NCBI GenBank assembly: GCA_038087875.1
Contig: JAXLNO010000438.1
Location: forward strand, 620,001 to 684,000
Direction: 5' to 3'
Source: Malacoraja senta
Lineage: Eukaryota
Length of the DNA stretch: 64,000 nucleotides
In this document: one piece after another, positions 1 through 11,950 of the stretch
Position numbering within the stretch: the first letter of the stretch is position 1
Layout: each line of letters opens with the position of its first letter
Translations under genes and position numbers: made by a program
Notes under the pieces: generated by a model
The model's input: the letters and a program-made list of their open reading frames with translations, nothing else
What the model was told of the DNA's origin: nothing
Database searches by the model: none

Positions 1-125
1 ACCGCTGCTTTGAAGATTGACGCGCAGGCGCACTGGCGGGGTTCTTCACGTAATCACCTACGTAACTCCTCATAAAATAAAGATCAAACTTCAAACTTAG
101 GTAAGTTCTCGTTTAATCTTACTAT
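1..125 (+). mobile_element. Right terminus (ITR + right extension) of a DIRS1-type tyrosine-recombinase retrotransposon that continues left of the window
   Basis: gattgacgcgca...tcataaaataaagatcaaacttcaaac..ggtaagttctcgtttaatctt closely matches the right end of the DIRS element at 19360-19463. Confidence 0.8.
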
Positions 126-628
126 TTAACATGTTGAAACAGAAGTAAAGATACACTAGAGCACAGAAACAGTAGAACACCAACACTATTCTCTCCTGCT
201 ATCCCACATTTACCAAGTTCGTAAAATAAAAACCAGGAATAGATCGCACTTACTTTGGAAATATGTTCATCTCTTGCTTCAAAATAACAGATTGAAGAGA
301 GTAATACAATAGCAAAGACCACAGTATAATATTATTAGATTAAGTTTTCTTAGTTATTCATTACTCTCTTTACTGAATGTGAAATTAATTTATACAGTGC
401 ATGAAAGTGTTAAAATAAGCACAGTAATTCTCTGCAGAAATATATTTTAAGAATTGTATTTATACTCGAGTAATCTTTCATTAATGCTGTAAAAATATAA
501 AATGCTGGAAATTATTAAATACAGGCAACAACACGGTCAGGGTGAATGAGACAGAATGTTTCAGGTCAGTGAAAATAGATAGAACACAAAAAAAAGTTAG
601 AGTTATAACAGGCTTTAAACAAGTGCAG

Positions 629-857
629 ATAGACACAAATGCTGGAGTAACTCAGCGGGACAAGCAGCATCTGTGGAACACCGGTCTCAACCAGAAAAGG
701 GTTTCCGGTTGAGACCCTTCCTCAGACTCAGGAAGGGTCTCGACCCGAAACATCACCCATTCCTTCTCTCCAGAGATGCTGCCTGTCCCGCTGAGTTACT
801 CCAGCATTTTGTGTGTATCTTCAAATTAAACCAGCATCTGCAGTTCTTTCCTACGCA
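629..857. mobile_element. Penelope-like pLTR mini-insertion made of two oppositely oriented pLTR pieces
   Basis: Minus-strand pLTR piece (629-~727) joined to a plus-strand piece (~728-857); flanked by perfect 16-bp direct repeat ctttaaacaagtgcag (613-628, 858-873). Confidence 0.8.
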
Positions 858-1440
858 CTTTAAACAAGTGCAGTTGCCCTTCCCTCCCTATGTACTCACT
901 TAGCAAATCTGTTTCATCTCCCTCTCCACTTCTGATGAAAGGCCAACATCTATTTGTCTCTTCACAGATGTTGCCTGGCCTGATGAATATTTACAGCATT
1001 TTCAGTTTCTATTCAAAGTTTACTGGATCAGTAGTAATCTGCTATTTTTTCAATAATATGCATTTCTTTCTTTATAGAAATAATGAGATGGCCTATATTT
1101 TAGAAAGGGGCATTGAGGCATTTGATCATTACCTGCAACTAGTTAACGTATAACTTTAATGGATTGCACAATTAACTGAAAATACATTCAAACTGGTGAG
1201 TTATGAAACTAAGCTTTATGTAAATATTTAAGAAGGATGCTAAGCAAATATCGGCTGGTTTGTATATACGTATTAACATGCATGCAAAACAAAAAAGACA
1301 TAGTTAAGTTATTGCAGAGAGAGTTATAACACATGCAAAGTTCTGAATAAGGGAAAAAAGGATATGGCATTATGGAAATTTCAATCAAATTGGATCAAAT
1401 GTTCCTTAAATATCTGAGTTAAGATGAGTCAACAAAAAGA

Positions 1441-1540
1441 AGTCTGAAGAAGGGTCTCGACCCGAAATGTCACCCATTCCTTCTCTCCAGAGATGCTGCC
1501 TGTCTTGCTGAGTTACTCCAGCATTTAGTGTCTATCTACA
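1441..1540 (+). mobile_element. Penelope-like pLTR fragment with hammerhead-like core
   Basis: agtctgaagaagggtctcgacccgaaatgtcacc...gagttactccagcat; related to the 3' ends of the GIY-YIG-coding copies in this window. Confidence 0.75.
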
Positions 1541-1675
1541 ATAATAATACTTTGAAATAGGTCAATTTTGGAGAATGTTTATTTTTTTTCGTTTATATTT
1601 TAATTATCTTTAAGAATGTTCTTTGAAATCGTATTTAATAGTTTGGCAATGCAGTACTGCAATTTTCTAACTAGA

Positions 1676-1992
1676 GGTGGCACAGTGATGCAGCAGTAGA
1701 GTTGCTGTCTCACTGCCAGAGACTCGGGGTCAATCCTGACTCTGGCTGCTGTCTGTGCAAAGTTTGTAAGTCCTCCCTGTGACTGCATGGGTTTTCCCCG
1801 GGAGCTCCGTTTTCCTCCCACATTCCAAAGATGTGCAGGTTTGTAGGATTATTGGCTTCTGTAAATTGCCCCTAGTGTGTAGGATGCAAAAGTGGGATAA
1901 TATAGAACTAGTGTACGGGTGATCGCTGGCCAGCGTGAATTCGGTGGGCCTAAGGGCCTTTTTCCACTCAGTTTCTCTAAACTAAACTAACT
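1676..1992 (+). mobile_element. tRNA-derived SINE (HE1/V-SINE-like)
   Basis: ggtggcacagtgatgcagcagtagag head with A/B-box-like motifs, ctccggtttcctcccac-type core, (ctaaa)n tail; at least 8 copies in window. Confidence 0.85.
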
Positions 1993-2220
1993 ACAATGCC
2001 ACAAACACAACAGTACAAACATCATTGATGACATAACGAAACAAATGGAAATGGTATCACAATGGAAAATAAGGGAATGCCTAAAATTTCAAATTTGGGC
2101 AGAGGCAAACTGCTCTTCATTGCAGGCTGCAGAGCAGAGCTTTGCCTCTGAATGTGCCACATCAGTGGACCTTGAAATGGGTCTGACAGGAAGGTGTTTT
2201 CTTGCATCTTGCAGAAGTTA

Positions 2221-2728
2221 AGGGCCTGTCCCACCAGCATGCGATTGCATGCATCTAGCGCGACCAAACGTGGTCGCTTGAGGCGTAGTGCCTCGCGGGG
2301 CCAGTCCCACTTCGATCGGCGGAGGCGTATGGAGTTGTGCGGGGCTGGTCCCGACATCGCGCGGGGCTCCAAAAATCTTGCACTGTCAGAAAATCCCGCG
2401 CGCCAACGGCCTATCGGCCCGCAGGCGCATTGAGGGCATACGCAGCGTCTCGACGGCGTACACCTAGCGCGTGGCGTTGCGCGATGAAGTCACCGCCCAG
2501 CGTGCCGTTGCGTGATGACGTCACCGCCCGACGCCGTGCGACGTCCAAATTCAGTCGGCCCGCCTCCTGCCCAGCTGATTGGTGAGTATGATATCGGGAC
2601 CAGCCCCGCACAACTCCATACGCCACCGCGGTTCGAAGTGGAACCGGCCCCGCGCAGCCTGTATGCCTCAAGCGACCACGTTTGGTCGCGCTAGACGCAT
2701 GCAATCGCATGCTGGTGGGACAGGCCCT
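2221..2728. mobile_element. PIF/Harbinger-type MITE, copy 1 (508 bp, long palindromic arms)
   Basis: TIR agggcctgtcccac...gtgggacaggccct; extended subterminal inverted arms; flanked by tta/taa. Confidence 0.85.
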
Positions 2729-3487
2729 TAACACAGGAGAAGGGAGTCTGCTTTGCAAGTGAGAACATTTGGCCATCAGTCCCGTGAACTACCTCTTTGT
2801 ATGTTTTGAACGTGGTGCTAATTGTTGTAAAAATACATAAGCTCTCAGCTGAGATGAGAATCTAATTTCACATATAGTTGTGATCTTCAGCAAGGGGTTT
2901 ATATTTCCTTCTCATTGTCTTCAATGTGTCACAAGACTGTATCACAGAAATATATTGTGTGATCATTACAATGTTGATAATAGTAATCACTCTCATGTTT
3001 CAGGACCACAATCTATTCAAAATTGTTTTAAAAATAATTTAATTACGTTAAGGACCTGAATGAATACAATGAGAATTGAACTGTTAAAACCTTTTTAGTT
3101 AGTAAGAGACAATAAATAAGAAGCATAGCTAGAAATTTTGTAAGGCAGCAAACTTTATTCTGTAGTATCTGTACACATTAAAGTCCCACAAATTCCATCC
3201 TTGTTATGACACTAAAGCATCTCCTTATAATAGAATTAATTTACTAGGATGTTGGAAACAGCATATTATTCCTGAAACATCCCCCCTCTACAATGGTGTA
3301 TTATGTTGTGTTCCGTCCATTGCAAAACTGGCACTAATTTCAGATCAGCACTTTTACTGTTGTCTCCAGAGTGTGACTGATTCTTCCTTGATATCTTCTA
3401 GTGACTTCAGTGTTTAAAATGGAATAAAACAGAAAAATCCTTGATGACACAAATTCCAATTAAGAAATTACCTAAATGTCAATTGCA

Positions 3488-3800
3488 CAATAATAATAAT
3501 AATAATAATATCTTTTATTGTCATTGCCCGTCAGTGCAACGAGATTTAGTATGCAGCTCCACCGATGTACAAGAAAAGTAAAATAAATAAATAAGCAAGC
3601 TGAGTGACGTGACCATCCGAGGGAGACTGTCCAGGGGGGGTGGGTGGGGGGGCACTCAGCAGGGCCGGTTCAGAGCCGCTATAGCTCTTGGAATAAAGCT
3701 GTTTCTGAGTCTGGAGGTTCGGGCGTAGAAGGCCTTGTAACGTCTGCCGGAGGGAAGTAGTTCAAACTGTCCGTTACAAGGGTGTGATGAGTCCTTGTAC
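3488..3800 (-). mobile_element. Rex/Babar-type LINE 3' end
   Basis: Minus strand encodes GQFELLPSGRRYKAFYARTSRLRNSFIPRAI (RT-downstream motif), then gacaataaaagat(att)n tail. Confidence 0.8.
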
Positions 3801-4299
3801 CATGCTTTTCAGCATTACATCATTGAAAATCTACTTTTCCATGAGTGAAACGTGCAAATAATTATTTTTTGACAATGTAAAACGAAACCAAACACACCTG
3901 GGATGGAAATGTTTTCTCTGTCAAGAACTCTTTACTGACACACCAACCAACAGCCCCTTGCCAAAAGCACACATATAGGACTCCCCTCCCAACCATATAT
4001 AGTGTGCTGATCCCTTGCTTGCCCATCACACATGCCAGGCTGAACCTTTCCTTCAAAACTTCATCACACACTGAGTTGATCACTTTCCTTCCATCCCCAT
4101 CACGTTTGCTGGGCCAAACCGTTCTCTCTTTCCATCTGTCACACAGATACCGAGCTAACCCTATGTCTTCACATAGGCATTGACAAAATCTCTTGGGGTA
4201 TTGATGGCCCCGGATATTCCAAGCCCAGCATGGGAGAGGAAGAAGTGGCTCAATATGTCGCCATCATAATCTTTCCGCTCCCTCACTGATCTGTGCCAG

Positions 4300-5160
4300 A
4301 TTTTATTTCCCAGACATATTGCTCCTGCTCTTCCTTACCCAATTCCTTACATGGTGGGGAATGATAATTTCCCACTTCAGCTCCACCATTAACTCCAACC
4401 CAGTCCGCCTGGACCTACCTTTCAGCCCTAGGCCTCCTCCATTGTCCGAGTGAGGCCAAAAGCAAATTGGAGGAACAGCATCTCATAGTTTGCTTGGGCA
4501 GCTTACTACCCAGTGGTATGAATATTGATTTTCCTAACTTCAAATAACCCTTGCATTCCCTCTCTCTCCATCCCTCCCACCAACAGTCCTTATCTCCAGA
4601 GATGCTGCCTGACCCGCTGAGTTAAGGGCCTGTCCCATTTGGCGATTTTTTCAGCGACTGCCGGCATCATTGACTGACGTATCAGGTCACCGGAAAATTT
4701 GCGGCGTGACGCGGCGTGATGACGTATTGACGCGCGGTGTTTTTTCAACTGTCGCAACATTTTTTTTGTTCCCGCTGGATTTTGAAGTGTGCAAAATCTT
4801 TTGGCGACACTGATATGACTTTGGAAAGTCGCCAAAAAAAATCGCCAAGTGGGACAGGCCCTTTACTCCAGCATTTTGTGTCTACCTCCCACAACAAAGT
4901 TATCTTGTTGTGTCTCATTGTCTGTACTCTTTCTCACAGCACACAGCTAACAATGACCTGGTTCCTTATCATAGTTACTTTTTTGCATATCTTTCATTTA
5001 TTTGTTCTATATCTCTCTACATCACAGTCTATATCTCTCGTTTCCCTTTCATCTGACTCTCAGTCTGAAGAAATGTCTTGATGTGAAACGTCATGTATTC
5101 CTTTTCTCCAGAGTTGCTGTCTGACCCATTGAGTTACTCCAGCTTTTTGTGTCTATCCAT
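4300..5160 (+). mobile_element. Degraded Penelope-like 3' fragment(s), interrupted by a MITE
   Basis: GIY-YIG C-terminal remnant (KLEEQHLI.CLGSL.PSGMNIDF) at ~4460-4540 followed by pLTR pieces. Confidence 0.75.
4625..4862. mobile_element. PIF/Harbinger-type MITE, copy 2 (238 bp)
   Basis: Same TIR; inserted into the pLTR motif gagTTActcc with TTA duplicated (4622-4624, 4863-4865). Confidence 0.9.
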
Positions 5161-6314
5161 CATTACAGAATCCTGATTTTCACAGGGCATTAGGTGTGAT
5201 GTTAAAATGTAATTATTCAACTGAAATGCAAATACTTAAGTGGGAAAAGAGATTGCATAGGTACTACATTGACATGCAGAGAAAAAAAAACTGCTGCAGG
5301 AAAATAAATCAGAATTTTGTAATATTACTGCCCCACATCAGATTAAGAAGCCATAAATTTAGAATTAATTGAATGGAAAAGCAAAACTGAAGAACTCAAG
5401 TTATTTGACATGATAAGAATATTGAACAAAGTGTAAGAGGATATAAATCGGAAGTAGTCTCCTCAAGCCAGTTGCAGCACTCTGTTCCATGGCTCATCTG
5501 CTAACTTGTTCACTTTACAACCTGATCTTCATATCACTTGAGTGCATTCTCCAAGTATCTAGGGCATTTAATGATTGACCATTCGCAGCCTTTTATGGGA
5601 GAGAATTCCAGACACTTATCTTCCTTTGAGTTCCTCCTCCTTTCACTTTTAACTGTGATCTCTCAAACAGAGACAATGCCTTCTTGATCTAGACAAGCCC
5701 TCTGGTGGATACATCACTTAACCCGTTAATCCACTTAAAGGAGGTCACTTCTCAATTTTCCAAATTCAAATGTATTCAAATGAATAGATGCCAGTCCAAC
5801 TTAATCTCTGCTGAAAGTATAATAGCTCATTCCTGGAATCAAACAAATGAATCAATGTTATATTGAGTGTACAATAATTTCTCACCGATTCGACAATACT
5901 TCAAATAGATGTACATATTTAGACCCCACATGTTGCACACACTGGAAATGATAATGAGGGATTCTCGGAACAGCATTCATTTTGCTATTAAGAAATGATT
6001 GCCTAGAAAATAGCCTGAGAGCATATTTTGATTAAAATGCATTTATCACCAAAAATGTGAAATTGGGACATTCTTGGCTTGAGATAATTTTCTGATTAAC
6101 TCTGCTTTAAGTGTGAAAAGGAGGTCTGCAGGTTTCACAGCTTCTGCCTCCTTGGCCCATGGGAAATGGTTCAGTGATTTCAATGACTTCTCTGAAGTTG
6201 ACTAATGTGAAGTTGAAGAAAAACTGGAAGCAGGAGCAGTAAAAAAAAGTGCAAAAGGGATAACGGCATTGAGGTCATTTTGACAAACCCCCACAACAGC
6301 TGTACCATGTGTAG

Positions 6315-6722
6315 CACACGCAAATTGGAGGAACTGCACCTCATATTTCACAGTTTACAACCCAGTGGAATGGACGTTGATTTCCCTAATTTCAAGTAAC
6401 TCCTCCATTCCTTCCCCCCCTCCCCCACCCTAGTCATCCTACCAGTTCCACTGTTCGTATCTTTGGATCTCTCTCGTTAGCACATATTCCCCAGCCAACA
6501 ACGGGCCATTATGGACTCCACCCCACCTGAGGTCATCTGCTGCTGGCCTGATTTTTTTTCTGGCCTTTTCGCACCTCCCATCTCGATCTTTCAGTCCAAA
6601 GAAAGGATCCAAACCAAACCGTCACCTATTCCTTTATTCCGCAGATGCCTGACCCCCTGAGTTACTCCAGCTTTTTGTGTCTATCTTCGATACAAAAAAC
6701 ATCTGTAGTTTCTTCCTGCACA
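6315..6722 (+). mobile_element. Degraded Penelope-like 3' fragment
   Basis: cgcaaattggaggaactgcacctcatatt (RKLEELHLI) followed by diverged pLTR. Confidence 0.7.
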
Positions 6723-7228
6723 GCTGTAGCAATTGATTGTGTTCCTGGGGCCATAGATGTCCAAAGTCTCTATACTCAATGGAAGCATCAGGCTCACAGA
6801 TTGGGTGATCTATGAGCTGATATTGGCAATTCACTGTGAACCCTCAATTATTATAGATGGCAATGACCTTTAAATACATAATATTCATTTCTGCATATAA
6901 AAAACAGTCCTGAAAAGGACACCTTAATTCATAGTTCATAACCTTCCACGTGATGCATATGTTTTATTGTAAATTATTTACAAAGGTCGTAAGTTGTGAA
7001 CTTTTGATGCAATTTCTGTCATTACATACTGAAAATGAGTCGTGCACTTTGCAAGCATCATTATATGCAAGGAATGCAACCTAATTTAGGGTAAACTGTG
7101 AAAACGTGCCTGGACCATTTTCTCAAAGGGCAGGACTCCAACGAATATTTCAAAACAGGCACAAAGTAATTTTGTGTACACGTCACAGGTTAAAAATGGT
7201 GTGAAGGAGTCCAATTTTCCAGTAAAGG

Positions 7229-7540
7229 TAGTTTAGTTTAGTTCAGAGATACGGCGCGGAAACAGACCCTTCGGCCCACCGGGTCCATGCTGACCAGTGA
7301 TCCCCGCATATTAACACTATCCTACACACACTAGGGACAATTTTTACATTTACCATGCCAATTTTACCTACAAACTTATTCGTTTTTGGAGTATGGGAGG
7401 AGACTGAAGATCTCGGAGAAACCCCATGTGGTCACGGGGAGAACGCACAAACTCCGTACAGACAGTGCCCGTAGTCAGGATCGAATCCAGGTCTCCGGTG
7501 CTGTAAGGCAGCAACTCTACCGCTGCGCCACCATGCCGCC
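7229..7540 (-). mobile_element. tRNA-derived SINE (HE1/V-SINE-like)
   Basis: Reverse complement of the SINE at 1676; (tttag)n tail at left. Confidence 0.85.
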
Positions 7541-8139
7541 AGTGTAGTTCACAGAGGTAAAGCAGAAAATGCTTGAAATACTTGAAAGTCAGGCAGCATT
7601 TGTAGAGTTTAGGAAGACATAATTAAATGTATTAAGTGACTTAAAATATAACAAATCGATCCGGTGGGAAATGAATTTAAATTAAAACATTAATAAAATA
7701 AAATCTTTACTCAAAATTTGATATACCTTTTGAATGATCTACTGCCAAGTATTGTAAAATACATTAAACGTTATTCAATGTGTTATCAACAATAGGTCAG
7801 TTGAACTGCCATCGAGGATGTACCAGTCTCAAGCTATTAAATGCTCATTATTAAATTATTATCCTTGAATTTTTCTTAACAAGCAAAGAAAATTACTGAT
7901 AATTAAGCAAGTAAAAACATTAACCAGATTTTACAAAGGCAGATTATGATGTTGCTGGTGAAAGACATGATGTATGTAATTTATGACAAGGTTAAGACAC
8001 TCAGAGTACACATCACTTCACTTATCTCAGTGATGAAATATAGTGACAGAAATATAAGCAGGAAACCCTCAAGCAAAGTGGAACAGCCAGTCATATACTT
8101 CAAAGGCATAACATGATATGATGAAACATCTATATAAAG

Positions 8140-8750
8140 CAAATGGATTATTGAACTTTGTTTTTAAGCTAGGAGAAGTACAAGTGAGATGATGTCATGC
8201 TGAAACCGTAAGATGCACTCATCAGATTGGATCTCAAGTTTTAGTCGCAAAGACACAGCGCACATATTGAAATCAGAAGAGAACAACAGCTGATCACTGG
8301 CATAAAAAAACTGAACTTTCAGGACAGAGTTATGTTGGGCTTTTCAATCATAAAACAACAAAAATTAAATGGAAATATCAGGTGTAAAAAACGATATGGT
8401 AAAAAGTAAATCTTGAGCACTGCTATTATTCAATATTTAGTGTGAGCGCAAGGACGTCAGGGATTTAAATTGAGGCAAGAAAAAATTGGAATTGTCATTG
8501 GGTTCTTATTCAAGAGAACAAGGTTCTACATTTGGAATCTACTTCCAGGCAAATAAAAATAGGAAAGGATAATTTCATACATGACTTAACGCTGTGAATG
8601 AGACATTTTAGCAGATAGAAATGGATGAGAAATACTATTTTTTGGAAAAGAAGGATTTCCAAGGTTACGGTGAAAGAATGAGGAATGCGACTAACAAAAT
8701 ACTTCTATTACAGAGTAAACATGGGGTGAATCAGCCTACCAAAATCTTTC
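8140..8750 (+). mobile_element. Highly degraded CR1-type LINE 3' region
   Basis: Patchy similarity to the younger CR1 3' pieces in the window (gagtacaag..gaggtcatgctg-like, tggaatct..cc, aaggttacgg). Confidence 0.4.
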
Positions 8751-10643
8751 TATTCTGTAAGACATCATGATTTATATTAAAAAATGTCAGAAAATATATC
8801 AAATTGGCATTCAATATGAAAATAAAATTACAAGGGCATAAGCTCACTCCCAATCAAATCATAAACTACGATTCCGTTAACAATCAGTGGATGTTATTTT
8901 GTTATATCCAATCAAGCATCAGATGTCTGTTGAAGGAACTGGACCTGAAACGTGAATTGTTTCTCTTTCTCTTGAAGCTGCCTGACGTGCTGATTGTTTA
9001 AACAACAATTTTTTTTGTTTCAGGCCTGCAGTTTTTCAATTGTCACCATTCTTCTTTTATCGATCAACTTCCAATTTGCTTTGCACTATTCAGTGTGAAG
9101 CCACATCAACTTTCTGAACTTACCTTATTTTCTAGCCGATTCTTTATTTTCATGTCATTAATTGCTGTCAGTAAGGGATTTGCTTTGTAGTGGCAACACA
9201 TTGCAATGCATTCAAATAGTTCAGGTAAAACTTACAATGGAAAATATAAACAATAATTGATGCAATTTGCAAGGAAAATAATATATTTAACCTTGAACTT
9301 TCATAGACAGGTATTCCAGTTTTTATATCAATCTGCTTCATATGCTTGAACCAAAACATTGTACAATTTTTCACATAATACTTGCTGCTGAATAAATGTG
9401 TATGAAACCCAAGGATTAAAATCCAGATTTCAACAATGGAAAATGTTATTTTGTCTACATCATGGTGAGCTGTATACTCGTGAAACCATTTTAAATACTA
9501 ATTATTTTCTTTAGCATTTTCAATATCAATCCGAGACTTTTCTGACTATAATGATCAATTGAGAAAATATCCTAAGGTAGAATTTGTTGTATAACTGTTA
9601 CAGATTGAACATTTCAATTTTTCATTATTAAATTTAAATTCATTAAAATAATTCATTATGCAAAAAAGACAAAAAATTGAGCTCCACAATCTTCTTGAAA
9701 ACCCACCAGAACAGGAACAAAATTAACTAGATTCCTGAAGTTATGTGCACATTACCTGCTACAATGTTAGATATCTTGTTTTTCATCGTGTTTCTGGATG
9801 ACCGATAACCATTTCCTCCTGAACATATTATACTGTCTTTAATCTTCAAGTTCTTCTCCATTTTCAGAATGATTCCAGATTATAAAGCTTGTGCACTATA
9901 AGAGATTTTCATTCTACAATTTGTTCCAAAATGTAATAGTAAAGCTTCCACAGTTTTCTGTATTCCTTTAGCAACCAGAATGGCTTGGTAATACAATGGG
10001 TCATGTGATAACCTGCTCATGATATTGCGATCACTTGGGAAATTAGCAATAGATCAAATTCCCAATAGAGCCTAGGACACATGCATGCCAGCTGTGCTGA
10101 AACCCTGCATTAAACAGGTCAGGTTTCAAAGATTATTACTAATCCTAAGTACAACTTCTAAATATTAATTAATGTCGCATTAAATAGCAATGAGAAATTA
10201 GATTGCTCATTACAAGCACATATCTAAGATAATTATAGACAGCACATTGATAGTTTTAAAATAAACACTTCCTTAATGGCTGTAAAAGAAGTCCTAATGT
10301 TTAATAATGCAGTGACGGTTAAAATGTACTGGTCTTGAAAATGTGCATAGGGATAACAGTGTGTGACCAACTCAGGGCTGTTTGCCATAATGAAGATGGA
10401 ACTCTAACTTTGTGTTGTTTATTCGATCTAATGACTTCTGCATCTATTCAGCAAACTGTACCGATAATTGGCTGCATACATTAGCTGTGGGCCCAGTGCT
10501 GTAACTTGAGGAAAAAATCAAATCTGGGCTGGTCAAAGATCAACTGTGACTTTTAAACGCAAGGTCCATTGTGGTTGGAGTGAGTGCTAATAGGTATTCA
10601 AGAAATCCGTCGGGTCTGGTGAAACAGTGAAGTGTCGTCGAAT

Positions 10644-10760
10644 GTGGCAGAGAGGGTATTCGGAGGCGTGGGCTCGAATCCCACCGCTGCCAGCGGGATC
10701 TTTTCCACCAAATCTTGTTGCACATATGTGCAATAACAATAAAAGATATTATTATTATTA
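10644..10760 (+). pseudogene. tRNA-Leu-derived fragment fused to a Rex/Babar-like LINE tail (SINE-like chimera)
   Basis: ttcggaggcgtgggctcgaatcccaccgctgcca (10659-10692) matches the variable arm/T-arm/acceptor 3' half of vertebrate tRNA-Leu(AAG/TAG) as I recall it; followed by aaatcttgttgcac..gcaataacaataaaagat(att)n, like the tail at 3488-3548. Confidence 0.7.
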
Positions 10761-11642
10761 AATATCCTGGATCCTGCACCGAGTGTAGGAGGTGCAATTT
10801 AGTAGAGACATCCTGTATCTGCAAGTGGAAACAAGGAACGGACAATGCTGGTTTACAGAAGAAGACAGAGTGCTGAAGCAGCTCAGCGCGTCAGGCTGCA
10901 TCTCAGGAGAACATGGATAGATCACATTTCGGGTCTGGCCCCTTTGTATAGATCTTTAAAGTGATAGTGACTATTTTTTGTTTAAGCCCAAAGCACCAGA
11001 AAACTGGACTGGTACAATGTACTTTAATGCAGCTAACAATTTAGCAGTGTATTTTGTGCACATAATTACATTATCAATGCGTGTGATGCTCATCTCACCC
11101 TAACCAACAGAAATGAAAAGCAGAATGAGCAACCCATGACCTTTGTTTATAACTTCCTATGAAACAAGGAACAAGCCCAGTAGCAGGCTGGCTAGGAGAT
11201 GTGAATGAAAGGGTCCGAACCGAGAAACCGATGTTTCCCTGTCTGCAACTGCCGACCAGAGTTTTCAATCTTGATCACACTTATTAACTTCCACAGTGCA
11301 TATTGCAGACTTCTCAAATCACACAGAGCACAGATGTGCAGCCATCTCTGCCCTGGTACTGTGCCATGCCTCACAGTGATGTGTGGCCACTTGCAGTGTG
11401 GTTCTCTTTCCATGAGAAGGATTTGAGGGGAGGCTGGAATGGCCATAAAGAGTGAAGACACGTGTTCTCCTCACCAAGTTTTCTCCCGCCTCTAAATCGG
11501 TCTGTTCTGCTGCTGTTGCCATGGAGAGAGTTCTTTCAGGCAGTGACCTGCTTACTGTGGTTCTTAGTGTTAAAGACAAGGATGCTGTGATCTGTGCAGA
11601 CTGTGCCAATAAAACCAGGCAGGTTAGGTTTTAAGACAGAGC

Positions 11643-11950
11643 TTAGTTTAGAGATACAGCATGGAAACAGGCCCTTTTTGCCCACCGGGTTCGCGCCGAC
11701 CAGCGATCCCTGCACATTAACACTATCCTACATCCACTAGGGACAATTTTTACATTTACAATTTTTACATTTACCAAGCCAATTAACCCACAAACCTGTA
11801 CGTCTTTGGAGTGGGATGAAACCGAAGATCTCGGAGAAAACCCACGCGGTCACGGGGAGAACGTACAAACTCCGTACAGACAGCACCCGTAGTCAGCATT
11901 GAACTCGGCTCACTGGCACTGCATTCGCTGTAAGGCAGCAACTCTACCGC
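11643..11950 (-). mobile_element. tRNA-derived SINE (HE1/V-SINE-like)
   Basis: Same family as 7229-7540. Confidence 0.85.

Noticed and set aside
2218..2731. TTAA TSD suggesting piggyBac or Kolobok
   Set aside because: Copies inserted in reconstructable targets (4622-4865, 59182-60146) duplicate only TTA.
2022..2776. Overlapping 60-120 aa ORFs (also 44398-45320, 45724-46164, 59150-60298)
   Set aside because: They result from GC-rich palindromic MITE sequence with few stops; no protein motifs.
3870..4290. Possible old LINE remnant on the minus strand
   Set aside because: I could not tie it to a recognisable motif with enough confidence.
10644..10692. Functional tRNA-Leu gene
   Set aside because: The anticodon arm and a proper 5' acceptor strand are missing; the T-loop has a substitution.
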